In this document: piece by piece, positions 34,354 through 42,513 of the stretch
Layout of the letters: each line of letters opens with the position of its first letter
How positions within the stretch are numbered: position 1 is the stretch's first letter
Virus record (IMG/VR): IMGVR_UViG_3300017917_002466
Location: 62,001-126,000 of that record
Length of the DNA stretch: 64,000 bases
Reading direction: 5' to 3' (one strand)
Translations under genes and position numbers: made by a program
The notes under the pieces: model-generated
The model's input: the letters and a program-made list of their open reading frames with translations, nothing else
The model's database searches: none
What the model was told of the DNA's origin: nothing

Positions 34354-34515
34354 ATGAACACTTTCGGTAATATCTCAGTCGGTACAAAATTCATTTTCAA
34401 GGGAAGATTTTATACCAAGATAGATTCAACGACTGGAGTTTCAATACAAGCCAACTTAGAGAAAGTACATTTTTTTGCCGGGAGTGAAACAATAGAGGTT
34501 GACAATCAGAGTTGA
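34354..34515 (+). CDS. Small hypothetical protein (53 aa, not in ORF track)
   Basis: GGAGG SD; resembles 57877-58101 (F..I..G..F...G..Y.K). Confidence 0.55.
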   Translation: MNTFGNISVGTKFIFKGRFYTKIDSTTGVSIQANLEKVHFFAGSETIEVDNQS

Positions 34516-34527
34516 AAATATTATATT
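34499..34527 (+). promoter_or_regulatory. sigma70-type promoter
   Basis: TTGACA-N17-TATATT. Confidence 0.7.
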
Positions 34528-34558
34528 AATAGTGATGTTCAATTGATGGAGGTTTATA

Positions 34559-35476
34559 ATGGACGATAAGTTTTTCAAAGCTTGTGTGAATGATATTGTT
34601 CTTGGAAGTAATGTAGAAGTTTTAGCCAAGTTTCCAAATGAATGTTTGGACTTGACGGTGACTTCTCCACCATATGACGGAATCAGAAACTATAACAACA
34701 AGCTTGACACAAATCAACCGCTTATCGGAAGTTATTCATTTCCATTTGAGGAATTAGCCAAACAACTATTCCGAACTACCAAAATAGGTGGAGTAGTTGT
34801 TTGGAATGTGGCTGACCAGACTGTAGAAGGTTTTGATGGTGGAACGACAGAAACTGGTAACTCTTTCAGAATGGCTCTTTACTTTCAGCAGATCGGTTTC
34901 AATATTCACGATACGATGATTTACAAGAAGCCGGGCGTAAGATTCCCTGACAAGACCAGATACCATCAGACATTTGAGTATATGTTTATCTTGTCAAAGG
35001 GAAAACCAAAAGCAATACATTTTATCTGTGACAAAGAAAACAAGAGCTATGACCCTCATAAGTTCTGGGCAAAGGAAAGGAACAAGAGGGAAAAGGAAGA
35101 TGGATATACAGTTTGTGATACCTTCACAAAGACCGTTGAAAAGATGGGAAGAAGGCATAATGTTTGGGAAATTAATCCTGAGCAATCTTGCGGAAGCGAT
35201 GTAACAGAATGGAACTGGCATCCAGCCATTTTTCCATCAAAGCTTGCAAGAGATCATATCACGTCTTGGTCAAACGAAGGAGACATTGTTCTTGATCCTT
35301 TTTCTGGCTCAGGAACAACAGCAATACAAGCAAAGATTCTCAAAAGAAACTATATTGGTATAGAAATCAATCAAGAATATGTTGAGAAGTCTAAGAAAAG
35401 AGTTGAGAGTTATTCAACGGCTGACAATCAGATTGCCGATAAAGATGGAGTCCTCACTGACTTCATTCAATTCTAA
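34559..35476 (+). CDS. Beta-class N4/N6 DNA methyltransferase
   Basis: TSPPY, HPAIFP, VLDPFSGSGTT. Confidence 0.92.
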   Translation: MDDKFFKACVNDIVLGSNVEVLAKFPNECLDLTVTSPPYDGIRNYNNKLDTNQPLIGSYSFPFEELAKQLFRTTKIGGVVVWNVADQTVEGFDGGTTETGNSFRMALYFQQIGFNIHDTMIYKKPGVRFPDKTRYHQTFEYMFILSKGKPKAIHFICDKENKSYDPHKFWAKERNKREKEDGYTVCDTFTKTVEKMGRRHNVWEINPEQSCGSDVTEWNWHPAIFPSKLARDHITSWSNEGDIVLDPFSGSGTTAIQAKILKRNYIGIEINQEYVEKSKKRVESYSTADNQIADKDGVLTDFIQF

Positions 35477-35554
35477 TTGCCGAATTGTGAGTGGGTTAGA
35501 AAGTATAAATAATTACGAGCCATCATCTAATCAACTCATCAAAAGAGGCAAACA

Positions 35555-36952
35555 GTGCTAACAGATTTTGTAAAGAAGAAAGAAGACAACAAGATAAATG
35601 TTGTTACTTTGACGGAAAAGAATCCAGCCGATTCTGATGGTTTATATCCATCAGCCAAGAAACTTAAGTATGCTTGTGAAAGACGAGGTTTTCCTTTCAT
35701 ACCAATTTTGATTCCGGGTGCTTCTTATGTTTCTGAAATTGACTGGCATAATCCAAATATAGTAATCAGAAATGTCAAGACTAAAAAGATAATTGAGCTT
35801 CCACCAGAGAATACAGTAGTAATCATTAGAGGCTCTGTTATCAACGATCATAACATTTCCTCAATGCTTACTTATATGGAAGCGAAAGGTTTATTTGTAA
35901 TAAACAACAAAGAATCAATTCAACTTTGTGCAAACAAGTTTAATACCACAGTTAAACTTATGACAGGTGGAGTTCCGGTTCCAAGAACTTGTTTGATTAA
36001 CAATATTAAGGAACTAGACGAAGCATTAGAAAAGATTGGTGGTCAATTCCCGATTGTCTTAAAGACACTAAGAGGTAGTGCAGGTATCGGCGTAAGCCGA
36101 GTTGACTCCAGAGAAAGCTTGAATGGAGTGTTGCAGGCTCTTTGGAAGCATCGTGCGCAGCTTTTGATACAAGAGTTTCTTGAATGTGATTTTGACGTAA
36201 GAACGATTGTAATGGATGGTAAAGTTGTTTCGTGTATGAGAAGGAATAAGATTGGTGGAGACTTTAGAAGTAACTTCTCACTCGGTGGAACAGTTGAGCC
36301 GTACAAACTTACAAAGGAAGAAGAAAGGGTTGTATTAGATTCTGCTAGACTTTGTGGAACATTCTTCTGTGGTGTAGACCATATGGTTGTTAAAGGAAAG
36401 CCATTGGTCATTGAGGTCAATGCATCACCCGGAAGTAAAGGAATGGAAAAGGCAACAGGAAACAATATAATTGAAATTCTATTAGATTACATAGCAAATA
36501 AGAATAATTGGAAAAAACCAAATACTGAAATTGGATATTTAGAAAAGGTTGAGTTTCCTGAAATTGGAATTAAACTTGATGCAACATCAGATACCGGAAA
36601 CGGAATGTACAATGTTCTTGATGCAACAGAAATTAAGCTTATCGGTGACGTTGTATCATTTAAAACTGGTGGTAAGAAAGTAGTTAAGAAGTTGCAGGGA
36701 GTTGTTGATGTTCAAGTTGGTGGAATGAGAGACTACACAGAAAAAAGGCCAATAGTTAAGTTTGATATTAAGATGAAGAATTTTGAAAAGAAAGAAGTAG
36801 TATTCACACTTGACGAAAGACCAAAGAATTTGTCACCGATTTTATTGTCAAGAGAATTTTTAGCAGATTTAGGAGTAACAGTTAACCCACGTTTGAAGTT
36901 CACCCTTGGAGAAGGCGTTAACTTCAAAGATTTTAGAGAAATGTTTTTATAA
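35555..36952 (+). CDS. rimK: RimK-family ATP-grasp ligase fused to a retropepsin-like putative protease domain
   Basis: CANKF, PIVLKT..GSAGIGV, IQEF, FRSN, EVNASPG; C-terminal DTGNG. Confidence 0.82.
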   Translation: MLTDFVKKKEDNKINVVTLTEKNPADSDGLYPSAKKLKYACERRGFPFIPILIPGASYVSEIDWHNPNIVIRNVKTKKIIELPPENTVVIIRGSVINDHNISSMLTYMEAKGLFVINNKESIQLCANKFNTTVKLMTGGVPVPRTCLINNIKELDEALEKIGGQFPIVLKTLRGSAGIGVSRVDSRESLNGVLQALWKHRAQLLIQEFLECDFDVRTIVMDGKVVSCMRRNKIGGDFRSNFSLGGTVEPYKLTKEEERVVLDSARLCGTFFCGVDHMVVKGKPLVIEVNASPGSKGMEKATGNNIIEILLDYIANKNNWKKPNTEIGYLEKVEFPEIGIKLDATSDTGNGMYNVLDATEIKLIGDVVSFKTGGKKVVKKLQGVVDVQVGGMRDYTEKRPIVKFDIKMKNFEKKEVVFTLDERPKNLSPILLSREFLADLGVTVNPRLKFTLGEGVNFKDFREMFL

Positions 36953-36986
36953 AAGAAAGAAAATGGAAAGAAATGGAGAAAATGTT

Positions 36987-37625
36987 ATGAGTCAAGAATG
37001 TCTTAAATTAAATTCTGCATATATGCCAGTTGACATTATCGACTGGGAAGAAGCCGTAACCCTTTGGACGGCGAAGAAGGCCGAAATTGTTTCCACTTAT
37101 GAAGACAGATTGCTTCACACTGGAAACAGATTCACCAAGCCAGAATTTGGTGCTGCTGAGCGTTTTATGCGAGCAACCTATGACCACAACCTAGAGTCTT
37201 GGAAGACCGTAATTGAAATGCCGGCTGTTATCAGACTCTTTGAGTTCATTGCTCCAAAGAGGCATATTAAGTTCTTTGAATCTTTTACTCGCCAGAATGT
37301 TTATGAAAGAGACGGTGGAAAGTGTATGTACTGCGGTCAAGAAGTTTCTCGCAATAAATTTACATTTGACCACGTAATTCCTAAATCACGCGGAGGACAT
37401 ACTAATTGGAATAATATAGTATGCTGTTGTTTAAAGTGTAACTCAAAAAAGGATAACAGAACTCCAGAAGAAGCTGGTATGAGGCTTATCAAGAAGCCGT
37501 TTGCCCCTGTTATTGCCGATAACTTCAACTCTGGTATGATTAAGAGACTGAAAGGAATATCTAGAATCTTTAATAACCAGAAATGGCTATCGTACGTGTA
37601 TTGGAACGTTGAACTGAAGGATTAG
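36987..37625 (+). CDS. HNH endonuclease (McrA-like)
   Basis: RDGGKCMYCG..TFDHVIPKSRGG..CNSKK. Confidence 0.88.
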   Translation: MSQECLKLNSAYMPVDIIDWEEAVTLWTAKKAEIVSTYEDRLLHTGNRFTKPEFGAAERFMRATYDHNLESWKTVIEMPAVIRLFEFIAPKRHIKFFESFTRQNVYERDGGKCMYCGQEVSRNKFTFDHVIPKSRGGHTNWNNIVCCCLKCNSKKDNRTPEEAGMRLIKKPFAPVIADNFNSGMIKRLKGISRIFNNQKWLSYVYWNVELKD

Positions 37626-37632
37626 GTTACAG

Positions 37633-37680
37633 GGAGCTATAAAAAGCTCCCTTAATCTTATTTTCCTCTTTTTCTTGTTT
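37633..37680 (+). terminator. Probable terminator
   Basis: GGGAGCT/AGCTCCC hairpin followed by T-rich sequence. Confidence 0.55.
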
Positions 37681-37715
37681 ACATATTCGGCAAGTTTTTA
37701 ACATAATATAACTCC

Positions 37716-37792
37716 TATAAATAATGTGAAGAGACAGCCACTCTATAACTCCAGTGGTTGGTTAGGTATCTCACTACCTAACCTTATCTCTT
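37716..37792 (+). ncRNA. Orphan variant of the HEG leader RNA core
   Basis: TATAAATA then AGA-GACAG-P2-TT-P3-TTA-TCTCTT; no SD hairpin or HEG. Confidence 0.6.
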
Positions 37793-37848
37793 ATTAGTAT
37801 TTATATAAATACATATAAAGATTTATATTTATTAAATAAGGATTAAGA

Positions 37849-38835
37849 ATGTACACTTTCGCACAACACTATTATCTTCAAGAAAAGCTTTCATCAGACA
37901 TTAGAAGGGCTCTTACAGCTAATCTTTTCAAAAAAAGAAAAGTTGGAGTTGATCTTGGTCGTGGAAAATATAAAATCGTTATAGAAGCTGAAGCAAGAAT
38001 TTTTGCTGAAGTTTTAGATAGTCTTCAAAGCGGTGCTAAAGCTTTTTTTACAGGTCAAAAAGAGAAAAGAGCCTTATTTGGATTTAAAAAGAAAGGAGGA
38101 TATGGATTATCCGCAACTCTTAAAAAGCTTTCTGGAACTGATATTAAAGGAGTTTACGAAGGTGAAATTGATAGTGGAGAAAATAAAATCCAAGGTAATC
38201 CAATTTCTTCCCTTGTCTTTGAAGTTCAGAATGGTGCAAAGATTGCCTTTATAACCACAGAAGAAGACGAAAATATTAGATATTATATTTCTACAAATAC
38301 AAAAGGAAATGATTTTTTCCGTGAAAATCTTGGAACTACTCTCGAACAAATTCGTGCTGAATCTATTGCAAAAGGAATAAACATAGATTTAAAGAAAAAA
38401 TCTAAAAGTGAAGAAAAACCTTTTAAAAAAGAACCAACAGAAGAATATCCAGAAGATGAAGAAGAACCAGAAGAAAATGAATATGGAATAATGGATATTT
38501 CATTAAAAGATATGAATAATATTGAAAGTGACTGGGGCGACGGTAAAAAAGGTTTAATTAAAGGTGGTTCATATGAATTTAAAAATAAATTCAAAAAAGA
38601 AAGACGAGAAAACTTTGGATTTAATAATAATTATGATGGATATAAATACTTTGACAGTGTAGGAAATGCTGTTTATCTTATTGATATGGGTGATGGTAAA
38701 AATGCGTCCATTGGTTTTAAAGATAAATCTTCTTATAATTGGGCAAAAAGAATCGGATTGTTAAATATTTGGAAACTTGGATCAATTGATTCGAGAATAC
38801 ATTGGGAAAACGGAAATATAGAAAATTTACCATAA
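37849..38835 (+). CDS. Hypothetical late protein
   Basis: Long ORF after TATAAATA. Confidence 0.75.
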   Translation: MYTFAQHYYLQEKLSSDIRRALTANLFKKRKVGVDLGRGKYKIVIEAEARIFAEVLDSLQSGAKAFFTGQKEKRALFGFKKKGGYGLSATLKKLSGTDIKGVYEGEIDSGENKIQGNPISSLVFEVQNGAKIAFITTEEDENIRYYISTNTKGNDFFRENLGTTLEQIRAESIAKGINIDLKKKSKSEEKPFKKEPTEEYPEDEEEPEENEYGIMDISLKDMNNIESDWGDGKKGLIKGGSYEFKNKFKKERRENFGFNNNYDGYKYFDSVGNAVYLIDMGDGKNASIGFKDKSSYNWAKRIGLLNIWKLGSIDSRIHWENGNIENLP

Positions 38836-38850
38836 TTGGAGTAAGTATCT

Positions 38851-40134
38851 ATGAATTTCAGTAATCATTATTTTAGAGAAGAACAAGTTAATGAAAAATT
38901 AAGTGATATTATTAGTAAAGGGCCAACTGGTGCAATTAAAGCAGTTACTCAAAGAGCCGGTCAGGGTGCTCTTAATGTTTTAAGAGGCGCGACTGGTAGA
39001 ATGAAGACTGCTGTTTTTGAACCAGGTTGGTTAAAAGTTCTTAGACCAACTAATCAAGCAAATTATAAGAAATCTATTGATATTTACTCTAATTGGAAAA
39101 ATAAAAAAACTAAGCTAGGTCCTAAGCAAAACTTTTCAGTTGTTGATGTTAAAAATGGTAAACTTGGAACATATAGTAAAGATGATTTTATTGATTTACT
39201 TGGAAGATATGATGCAAAAGTTAAATCAACTGAAATTAATATGGATGCAAATATCCCCCCAAGAATTACTGTCTATATGTTAAGTAATAAAGGAAAAGTT
39301 ATTTTCTTTGATTTACCAGTTGGTGAAGATGGTAAGAAAAGATATTATGCAATGGGATTAGATAATAAAGCAGAACGTGCATTTACATTAATTCACGGAA
39401 TGCGTTTTGAAGATTTTATTATGGACCCAAGCGAAGAAGCCGACACAGGAGACAAAGAAGAACCAAAGACTGCCGCAAAAAGAGGAACTTTAAAATTCAA
39501 ATATGAAGTTCCACCAGATCAATATAAAAAGCTTATTCCAAAAGCCCCGATTAAGTTAGCAGCTTCTTATGAATATCCAAGCCTTCTTGATATTTTTGAA
39601 GAAGACGTTTTACATGAGAAAGCATTAGAAGTTGATGGAAAGAAAGCCGTTATGACAAAGAACGGAGAATGGTATAGACTTACTGCAAAAGGTAAAAAAC
39701 CATATAATACGCCTATTAGTACTTTCAAAGATAATCTTATAGCAGTTAATTCAAAAGGTGAACCAGATGAAGCACTTCAAGGTGAACTTGATAAAGAAAT
39801 AGCAAAGTATAAAGAAGCCGAGGGAGATCGGGGAACAGAAGATAAGAAAGATACTACTGTTGGAAATGAAGAAGGCTCTCTTTATGCAGATTTAAAAGAT
39901 GAAATTGATATAAATAATCCACCTTCCAAAGTTAAACCAAGTCAAATAACTAAAAATGGTTGGAGATTTATGCTTAAAAATGGTGGAATAGTTTTCATTT
40001 ATCAAACCACCGACGATAAGAATATGATAGGTTTTGACGATAAGGCAAAAAAAGTTGTTGATGCAAAAGACCTTATTAATAAATATAAGCTAAAAATTTC
40101 AAAAGAAACCCCAGAAACAGAATCACCGGAGTAA
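38851..40134 (+). CDS. Hypothetical late protein
   Basis: Long ORF; N-terminus similar in style to 37849. Confidence 0.75.
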   Translation: MNFSNHYFREEQVNEKLSDIISKGPTGAIKAVTQRAGQGALNVLRGATGRMKTAVFEPGWLKVLRPTNQANYKKSIDIYSNWKNKKTKLGPKQNFSVVDVKNGKLGTYSKDDFIDLLGRYDAKVKSTEINMDANIPPRITVYMLSNKGKVIFFDLPVGEDGKKRYYAMGLDNKAERAFTLIHGMRFEDFIMDPSEEADTGDKEEPKTAAKRGTLKFKYEVPPDQYKKLIPKAPIKLAASYEYPSLLDIFEEDVLHEKALEVDGKKAVMTKNGEWYRLTAKGKKPYNTPISTFKDNLIAVNSKGEPDEALQGELDKEIAKYKEAEGDRGTEDKKDTTVGNEEGSLYADLKDEIDINNPPSKVKPSQITKNGWRFMLKNGGIVFIYQTTDDKNMIGFDDKAKKVVDAKDLINKYKLKISKETPETESPE

Positions 40135-40137
40135 AAT

Positions 40138-40497
40138 ATGGAAAACAATTGGAGAAATAACTATTACAATAAGGCCAACGATCTTTTTGAAAGATTGATG
40201 GATGAACAACCAGAAGATGCTCCGGCCGAAGTTCCAGAAGCTGGTACTGAAGAAGTTCCTGCCGAGGAAACTACTCCAAAGGAAGAAGAAAAAGGCAAAG
40301 ATAGTAAAATTGAAATATATTACAACAATCTTAATAAAGAGACTCAAGATGTTCTTATGAATGCATTGAGAGAATCTCTTAATGCAACTGAAGATGATAA
40401 AATTACTACTGAAAAAATTGAAGAAACATTATCAAAAACTCCATTAGTAACTTTAATAGCAGATGAACTTGTAAGAAAACTTAAAATAGAGGTTTAA
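40138..40497 (+). CDS. Hypothetical acidic protein
   Basis: ORF in operon. Confidence 0.65.
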   Translation: MENNWRNNYYNKANDLFERLMDEQPEDAPAEVPEAGTEEVPAEETTPKEEEKGKDSKIEIYYNNLNKETQDVLMNALRESLNATEDDKITTEKIEETLSKTPLVTLIADELVRKLKIEV

Positions 40498-40502
40498 GAA
40501 AT

Positions 40503-41006
40503 ATGTCATTAACTAAAGTTCACTCAGATGATAAATACGATTATTATTTAAGTCCAGCTTTTGGAAATAATCAAGCTTTATATAATATTGTTCCAAAAGG
40601 ATCGAAACCCCCAACAGGTGGTTATAGAAATATGCAATACATAGAAAACATTAAACATGCTAAATTTCCAGAAAGATATCAACCAACATCTCATGGAATG
40701 TCTAATTTATATACAAAAAAGGAGAATAAAATGTCAGAAAATAAAATAAAAAATACATATATGGATAAAGCTAATTATATTCTTGCTAAAGAAGATTATG
40801 AAATGGATGATGAAAACGATATTGGCGTCGAAACCGCTAAGTCAATTCTTTCAACATACATTGATAGATGTGTAGAAGAAGGCACTAAAGAACTAGGTGA
40901 CGAGTATGGTTTGGACGATGTAGAAGGAAGTTATGAGATTGTCCAAGGAGAGATTGAGAGAATCGCTGGACAGCTTCAGAATTATTTGAAGAAGGGAGTT
41001 CAATAA
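40503..41006 (+). CDS. Hypothetical protein
   Basis: ORF; possible internal in-frame start with SD. Confidence 0.6.
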   Translation: MSLTKVHSDDKYDYYLSPAFGNNQALYNIVPKGSKPPTGGYRNMQYIENIKHAKFPERYQPTSHGMSNLYTKKENKMSENKIKNTYMDKANYILAKEDYEMDDENDIGVETAKSILSTYIDRCVEEGTKELGDEYGLDDVEGSYEIVQGEIERIAGQLQNYLKKGVQ

Positions 41007-41009
41007 GAC

Positions 41010-41038
41010 TTGACATCTTTCCGGTAAAATGATATAAT
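41010..41038 (+). promoter_or_regulatory. sigma70-type promoter (followed by a TATAAATA late promoter)
   Basis: TTGACA-N17-TATAAT with extended TG. Confidence 0.8.
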
Positions 41039-41135
41039 TTGTATAAATAGATTTTAGAGAAGGTTCACAGGCGGAACCTTAACCGAGGCATCTTAGGAGC
41101 CTCACAAACATAATAACCATTTAAGGAGGTTAAGT

Positions 41136-41570
41136 ATGAACTACCTAACAACTCGCTCGCATGATTTACCATCACTTTTTAACGACCTATTTTTCAGAGA
41201 CTTTTTTGGCGATGATTTTTTTAGCCCGCTTCCTGCATTGAAGAAAATTGATTATCCTGTTGACATTTATGAAACGGAAGAAGGCTTGAATCTTGATATT
41301 GCCGCTGTTGGACTTGATAAGCCAGATGTGAAAATAGACATTAAGGATGATGTTCTTACTATTTCACACGCAAAAGAAGCCTCTACTGAAAAAGAAGGGA
41401 AGTATGCCTATCGTGGCATCACCCAGAAATCTTTCAAGTTGGCTTGGCGTATCAATGAGAAGTTTGATTTAACAAAGACCAAAGCTTCTCTTGAAAAGGG
41501 ACTTTTGAAAATCACTATTCCTGTGGCACCTGAAAAGAAAGCCAAAGAAATAGAAGTTCAGATTCAATAA
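41136..41570 (+). CDS. Hsp20 small heat-shock protein
   Basis: YPVDIYET..AAVG..RGI..F..A.LEKGLLKITIP. Confidence 0.92.
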   Translation: MNYLTTRSHDLPSLFNDLFFRDFFGDDFFSPLPALKKIDYPVDIYETEEGLNLDIAAVGLDKPDVKIDIKDDVLTISHAKEASTEKEGKYAYRGITQKSFKLAWRINEKFDLTKTKASLEKGLLKITIPVAPEKKAKEIEVQIQ

Positions 41571-41678
41571 ATTGTACTGTTCCGCCTGTGAATTTTTTTG
41601 AAAAAAAGACCTTGACAGACTCGTTGAAAGAATATATTAGATGCATAGATGAAAAAGTTCTTTGACAAATGATTCCAG

Positions 41679-41815
41679 AAGAGTAGGTTCTGCAATCAAA
41701 ATAATACTTAAAGGAAGTCCCAATGTCATAGCCGGGGACACAAAATAATCGGTTGTGGTGGACTTTTATTAATTGAGAAAGTTAGTTCTAAAAGAAATAA
41801 TCTGACTACTCTGGG
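41679..41815 (+). ncRNA. Y-RNA-like element 4
   Basis: AAGAGTAGGTTCTGCAA..CTACTCTG. Confidence 0.7.
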
Positions 41816-41835
41816 AATTACTAAATTATGGCTTA

Positions 41836-41969
41836 AAGGATGGGTTCGGCAAACCAAAATAGCCCGAAAGGGCATCAAGGTAGCCGTCAATAAAAGGCGG
41901 CGGAGAGGAAGTTAAACTTGCAAAGGCTTCCCTCTCTAAAATAAAAAAGAAACCTTTCTAACATCCTGT
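41836..41969 (+). ncRNA. Y-RNA-like element 5
   Basis: AAGGATGGGTTCGGCAA..CATCCTGT; GAAA-tetraloop and other inner hairpins. Confidence 0.75.
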
Positions 41970-41995
41970 AGCTTATTCTTTGACAAACGCATCTA

Positions 41996-42134
41996 AAGGA
42001 TGAATTCGGCAACCAAATTTGATGCGAAAGCATCACTATAACAGGTTATAAGCTGCGACACCGAAAGGTGACCAGATACTAACCAAGGTTTTTTGGAGAC
42101 TTTTCCCTAAATAAAAATCTTTCAAGCATCCTGT
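41996..42134 (+). ncRNA. Y-RNA-like element 6
   Basis: AAGGATGAATTCGGCAA..CATCCTGT; two GAAA tetraloop hairpins. Confidence 0.75.
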
Positions 42135-42152
42135 GATGTTTTCAAAAAGACC

Positions 42153-42181
42153 TTGACAAACTTGTGAGAAGATATTATATT
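42153..42181 (+). promoter_or_regulatory. sigma70-type promoter within the ncRNA array
   Basis: TTGACA-N17-TATATT. Confidence 0.7.
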
Positions 42182-42229
42182 AAGAAAGAGGGCAGAAAAT
42201 TTCGGTAAAATGATATATACATATTCGGG

Positions 42230-42321
42230 AAGGATAGATTCAGCAAACTAAAAGGAAAATAGCTCGCAAGAGCTTATTTGGTTCAAATCCAAAAACGTCG
42301 CAAGACGAAAAACTATCCTGT
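42230..42321 (+). ncRNA. Y-RNA-like element 7
   Basis: AAGGATAGATTCAGCAA..CTATCCTGT; two GCAA tetraloops flanking a tttgg-TTCAAAT-ccaaa T-arm mimic. Confidence 0.78.
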
Positions 42322-42341
42322 GACCTACAAGATAATAAATG

Positions 42342-42401
42342 AAGGGTGAGTTCAGCAACTCAAAAACAAACAACTCATAATTGTTAAAAAGTTCACCCTG
42401 T
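42342..42401 (+). ncRNA. Y-RNA-like element 8
   Basis: AAGGGTGAGTTCAGCAA..TTCACCCTGT; aacaa-ctCATaa-ttgtt anticodon mimic. Confidence 0.78.
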
Positions 42402-42434
42402 TTTTTCTACAGTTCGGATTGAAAGAAAGTTTTG

Positions 42435-42486
42435 AAGGTTGGATTCCGCAATTAAAATCCATAATTAGGAAAAAAGACCAACCTGT
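42435..42486 (+). ncRNA. Y-RNA-like element 9
   Basis: AAGGTTGGATTCCGCAA..CCAACCTGT. Confidence 0.75.
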
Positions 42487-42513
42487 AACCTTTAATGTTT
42501 AGGAGGCCCGCAA

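Noticed and set aside
41640-42490. Repeated motif array as a CRISPR array
   Set aside because: The repeats are split 5'/3' arms with covarying sequence, unit lengths vary from about 50 to 140 nt, inserts are structured, and there is no cas gene.
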